DNA of 64,000 bases, taken from NCBI RefSeq assembly GCF_018350175.1, contig NC_058368.1, positions 210,492,001 through 210,556,000 of the forward strand, given 5' to 3'. Shown piece by piece: positions 51,506 to 63,651 of this stretch; position 1 is the first letter of the stretch; every line of letters starts with the position of its first letter. Made by a program: the position numbers and the translations under genes. The notes below the pieces were generated by a model. That model made no database searches. It saw only the letters and a list, made by a program, of their open reading frames with translations, and was not told the DNA's origin. This DNA comes from Felis catus. Taxonomy: Eukaryota.

Positions 51506-51679
51506 TGGGGATATAATGTTGATGGTTGTCTCAGGACCCACTGGTTGTACAAGGCTTCCAACAAACACAGGACACTGCTGGTGTCTTCCCCATATTGGCA
51601 CTTTAGGGTGGAACACAAATATCTCCTCATTATAATCTGCCTCTGCTTAGAAATTCTTATGAAGTAATCTTGGGATCTT

Positions 51680-51930
51680 TTTTAAAATTGTGGTAAAATT
51701 TATATTATGTAAAATTTACCATTTTAACCATTAAGCGTACAGTCGTTGGCATTAAGCACATTAACGTTATCATGCAAACCTCACTACCATTCATTCCAGA
51801 ACTGTTTTCATCATCCCAAATTCAAACTCCATGCTAATCAAACAGTAAACACTCATAACCCTGCCCCCACCCCCATGACCCCACAGGCTCCTGCCAACCC
51901 CATTCTACTCTCTGTGTCTGTGAATTTTAT
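51680..51930 (-). mobile_element. L1M 3'-end fragment in the presumptive 3'UTR
   Basis: ttttaaaattgtggtaaaat...aaaatttaccattttaacca...cattctactctctgtgtctgtgaattt, typical L1MA/MB terminus. Confidence 0.75.
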
Positions 51931-53184
51931 CTTGGCTTCTTGACTTGCCCCTCATCAATGGCCTCCTCACTCAGATCCAGGCCTTCATCCGACAGCCCTG
52001 CTTTCCTCCCCATTCCATGTCCTTAGACACAGGGCCCTGCTTACTTCACTGTTGCTCTCTGGACACTTTTCTCTCCCTGATCTTTCTCTATCCTCACTTT
52101 TTATGGCATGACATAAGATCTTGGCCAGTTGTTTCAGTTTGGGTCTCTTTCCTCTTGTGTCTCCTTCTCACCTCATGTCCAAGCTCAGGAAGCCTCTCCT
52201 CTGTCTGTCCTGCAGTTAGGCAGGGGTGGCCCTCCCTGGACTCCACTTGTGGTCTCTGTGCTGAGTCCCCTCCTATGAAGAGCATCTCCTTTGCTCTCAG
52301 ACCTGGAGCCTGCCTTTCGGCCACAGCTGATGCTGTGTTTTTCACTTGTCACAATTACCTTCTCATTTCTCACTCTTAAAAATGTAGTCATGGTGACCTC
52401 AAGTCAGATCCCAGACCTCTGTGTGAGGCTCTGGGGCACAGGTCCAGTGACCAGGGCCATTCCCAGGACTTTGTTGATTTAGGAAACATCTTTCTGCCAC
52501 CCTACTGTGGCGTAAATAGGAAGTAACCCACTATGTATAGCAATTACATTCAGTTCCTAGCAACATACACCACAAAAAGAGTGTTTTAACCACCAGGGTT
52601 ATTTTTTGTTTTCTTGTTTGCTTCTTTGATAAGGACTGGTGTGGTGGCTCCATCTTATTGTCTGTAGATTTTGCTCCATTTTTTTTTTTTGACTTTTTGA
52701 TATTTTTTACTAGACATCAGGCTCCCACTCTGGCAGGTTCCCTTTATAATATATTTTACTTTCAAGTGATTATGTGTTGATATTTGCTTTTGCATTTACA
52801 GATGGAATTATATTTCTCCTTTAAAGTTTCAAATGTATGCTATCTTGTGGGTTATAACACAGTGAAGAAAATAGTAGATATGCAGAATGGTCCCAGAAAC
52901 CATAGTTTGACTGCTTAATTCTGGGGTTGTGCCCACATCTTGAAATAATTCAAATAGAGGATGAAGCAGCTGCTACCAATACTTCTTGCAGATGTGGAAA
53001 GAGGCCCATCCTTACCAAGGTCAGGATAGGATTTTCTGGGTAGAATGTGAAGTGGTGCCAGGTGTCTACTGAGTCCTGTGAGTTCTCATGCTGCACAATG
53101 TCACTTATAGTCCCAAGCACATCACATGAGGATGTGTGTGTGTGTGTGTGTGTCTGTTATTCAAGGTTTAATTTTTGTAATTCT

Positions 53185-53398
53185 TTTAAAAAAGTGTTTA
53201 TTTATTTATTTTGAGAGAGAGAGAATATGAGCAAGCAGGGGAGAGGTAGAGAGAGAGGGGGAGAGAGAGAATCCTGAGCAGGCTGTGTGCTGTCAGTGCA
53301 GAGCCCAACCTTGGGCTCGATTTCATGAATTGTTAGATCATGACCTGAGCTGAAATCAAGAGTCAGATGCTCAACCAATTGAGTCACTCAGGTGCCCC
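53185..53398 (-). mobile_element. CanSINE downstream of the stop codon
   Basis: Reverse SINE ending caggtgcccc; flanks TTTyTGTAATT. Confidence 0.9.
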
Positions 53399-53879
53399 TA
53401 TTTCTGTAATTTTTATGAATGAAATCTCTAAAATTTGTCTTTGGCAATAGTGCCTTGAAAGGCAGACCTGAAGCTTTTTTTGTGTTGTGATTAGAAAGAA
53501 AAGCCAAGATTTCTTACTTTCATAATCAACAAACGGATATAAGGATCAGGCTTTCAGATGCTGATTCCCTTTTCCATTCCTACCACATCATCATCTTTGA
53601 ACACTTTTAACTCAGTGATGCCAACTCTCTGCCTGCTGCTTCCTGGGCTCTGCTTTCATCCAGCACATCTGATCAAAGGAAGCCATGAGTGAGGATGATG
53701 CCTCTAGTATGGATCCATTGAAACCTTCTCCACTGGACTGTGTCAGCATGGTCTTGACAGTATGGACATCTGATCTCATCATTTCCTGGTTAAGATCCTT
53801 TCCTGGCTCTCATTGTATGTAATACAAGCCCTCTGTGGTTTGTGTCTGGCTACCACTCCAGGAGCATCTTGAAAACTTG

Positions 53880-54680
53880 GAAATAGACCCACGCAGACAT
53901 GTTTACTTGATTTATGACAAATCTCTTCAGCAAATTTTACTGGAATAACTGATATCTGAATAATCTTTGATTTTTACTTAATGGCACACACGGAAAAACA
54001 TTGACTGTTACTGCATACCATACAGTATGCAAAGTAAGACATTTGATAAATTGGACTTTATCAAAATGAACAAGCTTCACTCTTCTAGAGACATGCGTAA
54101 GAAGACAAAAATATAAGCCATAAACTGGGAGAAAATATTTCAACACATTTCTCAGAGAACTTGTATCTAGAATATTCAAACAAATTTTACAACCAGTACA
54201 AACATGGACAAAAAAAGCTTGACCAGACACTTCACAAAAGAAAATATGCAAATGGCCAATAATCACATGAAAAAGTGGATACAGCAGTCATTTAGAGAAA
54301 TGCAAAATAAAACCTCAATATCACAACACATCTACCAGGCCGGCTAAAATTAATAGGACTGATCATATCAATAGTGAGCAAGAAGACAGAACTACTGGAA
54401 CTCATACCCGTTCCATTGCTGAGGAGAACGTGAAATGGTGCAGCCACATAGGAAAATCGCTCTGTAGTTTCTCAGTTAAGCATATACTTGCCACATGTCC
54501 CAGCATTACTTGTAGGTATTTACTTTAAGTTCATGAAAACATATGTCCACTTGAAAGTCTATACACAAATGTTCATAGCAGCTTTATTTATAATGGCCCT
54601 AGATTAAGAAAAATTACATGCTCATCAATAGGTGAATGAAATGACATTGTGTTGTATCCATGTAATGAATGCAGTTTGTT
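53880..54680 (+). mobile_element. Old L1M ORF2-end fragment
   Basis: gaaatagacccac..., aaatggccaataatcacatgaaaa, aatgttcatagcagctttattt. Confidence 0.7.
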
Positions 54681-54683
54681 GCA

Positions 54684-55746
54684 TACAAATTACACTTTAA
54701 AATTGATTTGAAAATCTCTATGTGTGAGATGTGTTTTTTAAAAGATGTTTATTTATTCATTTTGAGAGAGAGACAGAGCACAGGTGAGGGGCAGAGATGA
54801 GAATCCAAAGCTGGAAGCACAGAACAAGAGATGAGGCTCGATCCCACCAACTGTGAGATCATGACCTGAGTGCTTAACAGACTGAGCTACCCAGGCACCC
54901 CTGTAGGAGATGTGTTTTTGAGTGTCTTCCTCTTGTGTACTCTAAAATGTAGTGTTCACCAATTATTGTTGCATTACATATAATTGGAAATGCAAATACA
55001 TTTTAATTTCTAGAATAATAGAACTAGTACAATTTTGATGAAGGAGGAGAAATGTGTGTATAAGAAATGGAGTTACTTCTTAGAGAATCAGAGGACTAAT
55101 GGTAAACAGACTAAGGAAGGAATCAAGTTCACATACTCAGACCTAATCCAAATTTATTTTGTGTGTGAGACCTGTAGTCTCTCCATAATTATAAAATAAC
55201 ACATTCAGAAATGATAAAAACAGGCAAAATATTTAATTTGTTGACATCTAATGGGCATGGAATATGACACACATGAAGGATCTACATATAAAATGCATAT
55301 ATTTGGAGGTATGTGTTAGAATGTCAAAATGAAGTTCAATCTGTCATTTATGTTTCTTTTCACTATGTAGTGATTCTTTCACTGACATGTTTATACCATT
55401 ACCACTAACCATGATCACGTATTGATTCTTTGTTTGCCTAGCTACAGTAAATACTCTATGGATGTGATTTTCCCCCATGTCAATCTTCTGTTGTTTGGTT
55501 TATGACATCCTGATTGCAGGCTTAGTGAGATGTTTATTTGTCAACCAATTAACCATGAAAAGGAAGTAAATGGAATATTTGTCTTAAACTTTAACATAGT
55601 CAAGGAACTATTTCTGAAAAGCAGATTTCATATTTTGAATGCCCTTAATATGAATGCATCTTATCTCGTTCAACAATTTGATTCAGACAACACTGGCTGA
55701 TTTTATGTCTGTTCAAGTCACCATGGGGAGCAATTTGGAAGATGCA
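54684..55746 (+). repeat. UGT3A 3' flank segment duplicated at 2561-3433 (copy B, contains an extra SINE)
   Basis: See copy A. Confidence 0.93.
54739..54901 (-). mobile_element. Degenerate CanSINE specific to duplicate copy B
   Basis: Reverse SINE ending cccaggcacccc; TSD GAGATGTGTTTTT; a single GAGATGTTTTT empty site in copy A near 2601. Confidence 0.88.
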
Positions 55747-56819
55747 AAGATGAACCAGAGTATCCTGGTCCTCTCAAGTGGCTTCCCACAGTCTTACTGA
55801 TGAATTAATTGAAAGGTAAATCTATCTGTCATTGTCAGGGCATCTTGTCTCTGTGGTGAGTTTAGCTTAGTAATTTTACTTAGTGTAATGAAATAACACA
55901 GTGTAATACCATGAGCTCAGCTGCAGTAAGGAAGAATGTTTCTGGATAAAAAGCTAATGGTGTGTGGGGAAGACAGTCAGAACTAACCTGGGGTGGACGT
56001 TGGTTGCACATCAAATACCCTGCCAGTGTCAACAGCTTTTTAGTGCTTGGTGGGTGTCATGTACCATATACAGGGACCTTCTGAAAACAGAATGTAACCC
56101 TAAAAGAGAGACAAAGAACTTATTTTGCAAGTGGGTTTTTCTTGTTCCTCAAATCACACTCCTCTGGAAATTCCCTCAACATAGGCAAGTCTTTATTAAA
56201 ATCCACAGAGAATATCACCTTGATCTCCAGGGCAAGGCTGAGAAGTGGACAAGACAAATATAATGTCTTCTCTAGAGATTGTAGAAATCAATGACCACAC
56301 TTGCCTGAGAATACAGGTTAATGTACAGTGCAGAACAGAACATGGAATACATGTCCTAGTTTCTTTGTAGTACTTATTGGTGGAAGCAAGAGAAGGGATG
56401 GAAATGATGAGGTAGGTTGGGATGTCTTGAAGGAGAGCATGAGTTAGGTACTGTTTTCTAAACAGGGCACTAGACTGCTTCTTAACTGGCAAACTCATTA
56501 CTAAGGAACAAGTGTGAGAAGAGAAGAGAAGAAAGGAAAAAAGAAGACACCAAGGATGGAAAGAGTAGGCAATGCTATCCTATCAATGTGAGGATGTGGA
56601 GGAGAGAGGGCTTTGGATCACTTACAATTACACCTATGGCTCCCCCTGTGTGCTGAGGTTTTAAATCTTACTGGATAGAGGAGACATCCTAGCAGTAAGC
56701 TATTCAGAGACAACAGAAGAGCAGGAAGGGGTTATCTTATACAACATATGAGGCACATTTTGATGCTGTCCTCTAAACCAAACAATTGCCAGCTACACTT
56801 CCTGCTGGCTTCCCTCAGA

Positions 56820-57122
56820 AGACAAACAACTTGAGCTTTCACAGCCACTGGATTTCCTAGGCAACAGAAGTGTAAACTTGAGAAAAGGCAGAGCCAGGGT
56901 AGGGATTGACAGTGAGCTTAGCCACTTAAGCTGTGAATCTGCTTCAGTGATTTCCAAGCTGTGCAATCATCCTGAAGAGGGCGGCCAGCAAGTCTGAGGA
57001 GGGGAGGGAGCTGGGAGGGAGGTGGATGGAGGAGCTGAGCCCTCCCAGGGGAGCCGGAGAGAGAGCGTCCCTAGTTTCAGATCCCAGCAACCGGTGGCAG
57101 CAGGTTAGCATTTAAGGTAAAT
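56820..57122 (+). promoter_or_regulatory. Putative promoter and non-coding first exon of the next gene (probably CAPSL by synteny)
   Basis: X-box-like ATTTCCTAGGCAAC (56852-56865), forkhead-like ACAAACAA (56822) and TGTAAAC (56871), GC/purine-rich tract, candidate donors CAG|GTTAGC (57104) and AAG|GTAAAT (57117). Gene identity is inference only. Confidence 0.45.
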
Positions 57123-57854
57123 GAGTGTTTTTGATCTATTATGTTTATTTGATCACTTTGTTTAGATTTAGCTAAACAGAGAAAGGAAGACAGGGAGAAG
57201 AAAGAGGAAAGGTGTTACTTTCTAAAGAGAAAACCAACAGTTGGTGAGAATTCTTGGTTGTCAGTCTAGGGAGGAAATAGCTTGGTTCTGGGAGAGGCTT
57301 TTGTCATCTTTATGAAGAGGTGCTCAGATAAAAATAAAAAAAATTATTTGATAAAGGGAAAGGAAATAAACATCACTGAGCAACACTTTGTACTAGGTAC
57401 CTATGAGTGAAGTGTTTGGGTGAATTGCTTTAACTAGCTTGTATGGCCATTAAAAAATTGACCTTCAAGAATATTAAATATCTCCAAGTTATATGCAATT
57501 AAAAGATTGAGCTTTGATTCAGACCATGGTTTTTCTGACATTCACAGAGGTGCTATTTCTGCCATACCTTGCCAAACTGACCACATAGACTCAGATAAGA
57601 AACAGAACTCTTATTAAAGTGGGCTGGCATAACTTGCTAAAACTTGTAGAGTTGATTTGATTTATCACAAAATTGAGAAGGGCCTTAGTAAATAGCAATA
57701 TCTTGACTTCAGTCTGGGGTATAGGTAAACCATACTAAGTAGATGAAATTGTTTCCTGGTTTTAGAGCTCTTTTTTTTCCCCTCAAAATCTTATAACTAC
57801 AGAAATGTCTTTATTTTGTAATTGTGCATTTTGAATATTGAGATTTAAATCATG

Positions 57855-60330
57855 GCCATTCATTTATTTTCAAATAGCAGTAGTCTAATAACCATAGCAG
57901 TGATCAATTCCAAATAACAATCTAGTAGCATAGTCCTAGGTGCTGATGATATGAAGACAGAAGACACAAAGTTTACAACCTTTGTCCTTAAGGGCCTTAT
58001 AGTCTAGTAGGACAGGCAGTTCTGAAAGCAGACTTACATCAGGCTTCAACATGGACGCTATTTGGGTTTTTCACAGATTATACAAAGAAAGATGCAAGCT
58101 GTATTGCTCTGGTGAGGGTGGTTATGTGAGGCTTCACCATAGTGATTATATAAGGAAGAACAGGACTTCTCTAGGCTAACAAGCGAGGGAGGGTGTTCCT
58201 TAAGGTGGGACTGCATGTACAAAGGCACAGAGACAGAATACCATAGTGTGTTTGGGGAATGTGAGTGAGTATAAATGCAGAATAGATTTTAAAGCAGTGG
58301 AGAATTACTAGAAACAAGGCTGGAGAGTCAGTCAGGGCCAATGTATACTTAAAGTAGTAAGATGTTTGCTCTTTACCTGCACACTTGGGGGGCCACCAAA
58401 GGGTTTTGATTAGAGTGTAAAGTTCACATTTCCATTTTGTAAAGATCGCTTTGACAGTCATTTGAAGGATGGTTGGAGGGGGAAGACTAGAGAAAAGGAA
58501 CCAGCTAAGAGGCAATTGCAGTAGTGGAAATGGGAAATGAACAGGTCCTAGATTAAGGAGGTATCCTTGGCCATGGAGGTGAGGGAGGGAACAGAGATGC
58601 AAGGAGTGTCAAGGTGGTGAAATTCTATAGGACTTGGCTGCTGATTCGATGTAGAGGGTGAGAAGGAGTCTAAGGTAATGTTCAGTGAATGACCTGTGGA
58701 AATGGTGGTGTAACTTCCTGAGGCAAAGAATAAGGAGGAAAAGATAACGAATTTGGCTCTGGAACATTAAACTTGAGGTGTCTGTAGGTCATTGAAGTGT
58801 GCATGTTTTGTGGGAAATTTGAAATGTGGCTCTGAAGCTAGCACAGTGCATGAGTTGGAATGAAGATTTGGGAGCTGTCATTCTGTCAGTGGATGTGGCT
58901 AAGACATGGCCATGGGATGGTGTGAGAGCATGATGAGAGGAAATAACCAAATCCTGGGAAATAGCATTTAAAAAACAGGCAGAAGAAAAGGGATAGGCAA
59001 AATAGGTCAGAACCAGCGGAAGGGAGACAGAGGAAAGTAGATTCATAAACATTGAGAGAAAAGTTTTAAGAGGGAAGAATGGTCAAAACAACCAACTGCT
59101 GGGCAAGGTAAAATAGAAACTAGAAGTGACCGTTGAAGTTGGCCATCAGGTTGGCAGTGCTTCCTGAGAGAATGTTCAGTGGAGGGACAGAGGAGACCAG
59201 ACTGCAGTGGACTGAAGTATGAATGGAACATGACAAAGTGGAGAAACTAGAGACTCTTTCAGGTAGTTGGACTATGAAGGGGGTTGGGGGGGGGCGTTGA
59301 CAGAAGCAGTCTCTGATGGAGGGACCACTGCAGATTCAGGAACTAAAAAGAGGAGCTGGTGGAGGAGAGGAAAGGGGCACAGTGGAGGGTTGAAGAGGGA
59401 CTGAAATTGATGTCATAGGTGGAGATTATCCTTAAGTGGAAGGCAATTCTGAACTTCCTCTGGAGGATGGTTTCAGAGACAAATACCTTTGTAGACCTGG
59501 AGGAGTTGATGTGAGTTCATCTCTGTTTGTACTGTGATTTTCAAGGTAAGGTGTGGAGGAGAGTGGCATAGGTTGAAAAGATTGAAAGAGGAATCTAACC
59601 AATGTCATATAAAAGTATGGTTGACTGTTTTAGAAGGCCCAGCTGTAGTTGAAGAATAAATGTGCAGTGTCATATGTCCATCTTGGCCTGTGGGTTTGTT
59701 CAGTTGCACTTCACAGCCCACTTTAAAAGAGAGGGCACATGGAGAAATCAAGCCAAGTTAGGCATCCATATGGGAGCATAGGAAGCTGACAAGGGTTGAG
59801 GACAGAGGCTCTGGTAAGAAGTGGTCAGAATGATATGCTGATGTGTCTAGGATGAAGAGGGGAGGAAATGGATCCAGAAGGGAGAATGCGGTAGGTAATG
59901 GCTACAGCGGAAATGCAGAGCCAAGAGACTAGTGGTCACAAGTATCTAAGGTTGGAAGAAAGAAACTAAAAGGTGGAGAGAAAGTGGATATTGAATTTTG
60001 AGTTTTCAGAGGAGGCCATATTTGGCTGGTGATAAAAGTAAGAGATGGTCTTAGAAAAGGATGCTGGGAGAGTGAGCAGATGAAATTGGCAGAAATCAAG
60101 CAGCTCCAGGAACTTCACGGCTGCATGTTGAATGGATTGTCTAGATGAGTTGTGAGGTTGCCCAGGTTGATGGGGGCACCTGGGATGGGGAAGAGGTCCC
60201 TGAGGTAGTATCCAAAGTCTCAGTGTTTTAGAAAATGACAGAGCCAAAGAGGGACATGGCAGGGATTCCCAACGGTGCTGTGCTTCAAAGAAAGATGTGA
60301 GAATAGGTCATCTTAGAGACTGTGAGATTC
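57855..60330 (-). mobile_element. L2 (LINE-2) remnant
   Basis: cctaggtgctgatgatatgaagacag...ccttatagtctagtagg, gcatgtacaaaggcacagag, aaagatcgctttgacag: reverse L2 3' region. Right boundary approximate. Confidence 0.7.
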
Positions 60331-60759
60331 CATAGTACTTAGAATTTGGGGTGAAAAGTTTCTTTATCTGTGGAGAATGCAGAAATAGAGTTCCTTATAC
60401 AAATTCAGTTCTCAGGTACGAGAAAGACATTAGACCAGTCAGCACCTTGGGAGGGAATGGATGGCACATTCACAAGTAGTAATAGCATAATTTGGATAGA
60501 GCTAAGGGATGCAGGTAAGGGGTAACTGAACACCAGAGGGCCACCATAGAGAGGCAGGGCAGGAGGAGGTGCATTATTGTTAATAAGCTTGTCCCTATTT
60601 TTATACAAGAATGATTTGTGGTGACTACAGTGGTTCCTGGTTTAAAAAATGAATATTTCTTGAAATGTTGTGGACAGCTTACAAAAGATCCCTGGGGAAG
60701 TGGCAGGCACAAAAGAACCTGCTCATAATCTTGGCTCTGATAGTTACGTCTGAGCTGGG

Positions 60760-60860
60760 ACAAACTCTAAATCTCTTTGTACCTCAGTTTCCTTATTTTG
60801 TAAAATAGGAACAGCCACATCCCCTCTAATGTAAGAGTACTTTGTAAATTATGAGTCATT
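60760..60860. mobile_element. MIR fragment
   Basis: ctctttgtacctcagtttccttattttgtaaaatagg core. Confidence 0.6.
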
Positions 60861-61018
60861 ATCCAAACTTACTTTAGAGCGGACACATTTTCTGTTCTAA
60901 ACAAATGGATAGTGAATAATTTGCAAAACACGGGCCACAGAAAGCCTGACACAGAGTAAATGATCAATAAGTGTTCCTGTTGCTTTTGTTATGGTCTGTA
61001 TGTTATCTTCTGTATGGT

Positions 61019-61241
61019 CCTGGGTTAACAAACTATTTCTATATAAGACCAGACACTCAGAATTCAGGCCTTGTGGACCAGAGGTCTCTGTGGCAACTAT
61101 TCAACTTTGCTGTTGTAGCATGAAAGCAGCCACAGGTAACATATTAACAAACGTGTGTGGCTGTTTTCCAATAAAACTTTATTTACAAAACTAGGCGGAG
61201 AGGCAAATTTGGCCCATGGGCTATGATTTCATGTACCCAGG
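61019..61241 (+). mobile_element. MER58A-like hAT-Charlie non-autonomous DNA transposon
   Basis: ggtctctgtggcaactattcaactttgctgttgtagcatgaaagcagcc and ccaataaaactttatttacaaaa match MER58 as I recall it; ends CCTGGG...CCCAGG are inverted. Confidence 0.8.
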
Positions 61242-61635
61242 TCTAGATCATTTAGGTTATGTTTGCCTGAACTCAGGGTCTTCTTGATAAGTGCCCGGGG
61301 AAAGGTGGATCTTATTTTCTTCAGGGGAACAGAGGTTGAGAACCCTGAAATCATCAACATGCTAACTTCTGATTTCAGGACTCACATTACTCTCCATCAG
61401 AGTGATCTGGTTGCTCCAGATAATGGCATGGGATAAACTGATCTGGATGTGCTCACACACTTAATTTCTAGAAGGATCTGAATGTGTTCACACACTTACT
61501 TTCTAGAAGGATTCTATCTCTTCCGCCAACTGTGGCAGAAACTGCCAGCTTCCCACTCAATGGCCAGTTTCCTCTTCTTTATAAACGAAACCTGAAGGAT
61601 AGCAATGTACCCAGCCAAAAATTAGGTGTCTCAAC

Positions 61636-61926
61636 TGTCTTAGTCTGCTTGGGCTGCTATAGCAAAATAGCACATACTGGGCAGCTTATAAAAACAAAAA
61701 TTTATTTCTCACAGTTCCACAGGCTGGGAAGTCCAGGATCAAAATACCAGCATGGTGGGGCCCTCTTCCTGATATAAGACTGGAGCCTCTTTTATAAGAC
61801 ACTAATCCCCTTCATGAAGTCTCTACTCATGATTTAAGTACCTCCAGAAGTCCCTACCTCCTAATACCAGGAGTTAGGATTTCAACCTATGAATTTTAGA
61901 AGGACAGAAACATTCAGATCACAGCA
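61636..61926. mobile_element. MLT1-type MaLR solo LTR
   Basis: TG...CA ends; tgtcttagtctgcttgggctgcta, aatttatttctcacagtt, ttcaacctatgaattt. Confidence 0.8.
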
Positions 61927-61959
61927 CCAGCCTCCTTTGCAGGAAGAGTCAATGAAATT

Positions 61960-62280
61960 TAAGTGGAAGGAGTTGGGTGGAGTCTCTGGGGATCCCTTAA
62001 AAGGGGATGACTCAGCTAGGAAGTACATTCTTCTTGCCCTCTGTTCTTTTCTGCTGCCTGGGGTGTAGATGTAATGGTGGGAGCAACTATGGTGATTTTG
62101 TAACTTCAGGCAACTCTGAGGATAAAAACAATGGTAAGGTAGAAAGATAGCAGTTCCTTGAGACATTCACTCTTTGAAATGCCTCCAGACTTCCTTTATA
62201 CCAGAGGAAAATAAACCTCTATCATTTTCAGAGATAATTACCTGTTTCTATCATGAGTATCTAGACAGAATTCCTGTCTG
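61960..62280. mobile_element. Older MLT1 (J/K-like) LTR fragment
   Basis: ctgctgcctggggtgtagatgtaatgg...ccagacttc...aaaataaacctct. Confidence 0.5.
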
Positions 62281-62382
62281 AAATTGCAGTCTGCACTGAT
62301 ATTGACACTCTGACATTGGATTTCTATCCATCAACACTTCTTGGTTTTCTGGAAGTTATCAGTTAAGAACCTGTAAGATGCA

Positions 62383-62608
62383 GGGCGCCTGGGTGGCCCA
62401 GTCGGTTAAGCGTCCGACTTCAGCCAGGTCACGATCTCGCGGTCCGTGAGTTCGAGCCCCGCGTCAGGCTCTGGGCTGATGGCTCGGAGCCTGGAGCCTG
62501 TTTCCGATTCTGTGTCTCCCTCTCTCTCTGCCCCTCCCCCGTTCATGCTCTGTCTCTCTCTGTCCCAAAAATAAATAAACGTTGGAAAAAAAAATTAAAA
62601 AAAAAAAA
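62383..62608 (+). mobile_element. Young felid CanSINE (SINEC_Fc-like)
   Basis: Near-consensus; perfect 18-bp TSD AAGAACCTGTAAGATGCA (62365-62382 and 62609-62626). Confidence 0.97.
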
Positions 62609-63356
62609 AAGAACCTGTAAGATGCAAATAATTGGCTGGATTTCTAAGTGGCTACAAAATAAGCATTAAATAGACAATTGACTCCAAAGGAAACATTTTA
62701 AGTGACGATAAAATAGTAAGTAAGTGATTTTGGTTTCTAATGTTGCAAAAATACAAATGGTAATCATAACTTTATTCCCTTTATTCCCATCTAACAACAG
62801 TGGAAGATCCACAGTTGAGGTTTGTCCTTGCAGTGAGTTTGAAACGGGGTATTGGAAAGTTGCCTGATTGGTTCTAAGAGCATAGTCACTAAAACCAGAG
62901 AGTTTGGAAAAAAATTATTATTTTTTGTCTTCTTTTCTTTTCTTTTCTTTTCTTTTTGCATTTTGTACAGGAATCTAGCCAAATCTTTGCTTACTTTTGT
63001 GTAGTTTAGATCCTTTTTTTAGTCTGCTTCTTTAAGATCTTTCATGTGGCGGGCCGCCTGACCAGAATAGATTATAAGTAATTTCCTGGTGAAAACCCCA
63101 GAGACTCAAGTCACAGCAAGATGGAGAAGGAGACAGCAAGGATAGTGTTATTAAGAAAGCTCCTGGTTCCAGAGATTCCCAGGGGATGCTCATTATAAGG
63201 ATCTTGTAACCCTGGGACCTGTGTGCTTTATAAAACCTGGTATCACATTGTGTTAGCTACATGAGCCCTTGAATATCACACTAAACAGTATTTCTCACTC
63301 TCTTCATGGCCAAAAATGCTACAGAGGTTGCTAAATGCTGATAAAATTCTACTGAG

Positions 63357-63488
63357 AGGGGCACCTGGGTGGCTCAGTTGGTTAAGCATCTGACACATGA
63401 TCTCAGCTCAGGTCTTGATCTGAGGGTTGTGATTTCAAGCCCTATGTTGGGCTCCATGTTGGGCCCAATGCTGGGTGTAGAGCTACTT
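63357..63488 (+). mobile_element. Short older CanSINE
   Basis: ggggcacctgggtggctcagttggttaagc head; TSD TAAAATTCTrCTGAGAG. Confidence 0.88.
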
Positions 63489-63651
63489 AAAATTCTGCTG
63501 AGAGAACAGGTTATAATGGAGTTACTTTATCTCTTCTCCCACTTCTCAGGAGGAGCTGAGTCTCTCCTCACACTGGACTGTTAGTTATTTTTCCCAGGTA
63601 AAGGTGAATATGTCGGGTCAACCCAAGCATGTAGGAATAAGATTTTGCCGA

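Noticed and set aside
51061..51630. Long minus-strand ORFs (189 aa and 126 aa) overlapping exon 7
   Set aside because: Shadow ORFs of a very GC3-rich coding exon; no recognisable protein features.
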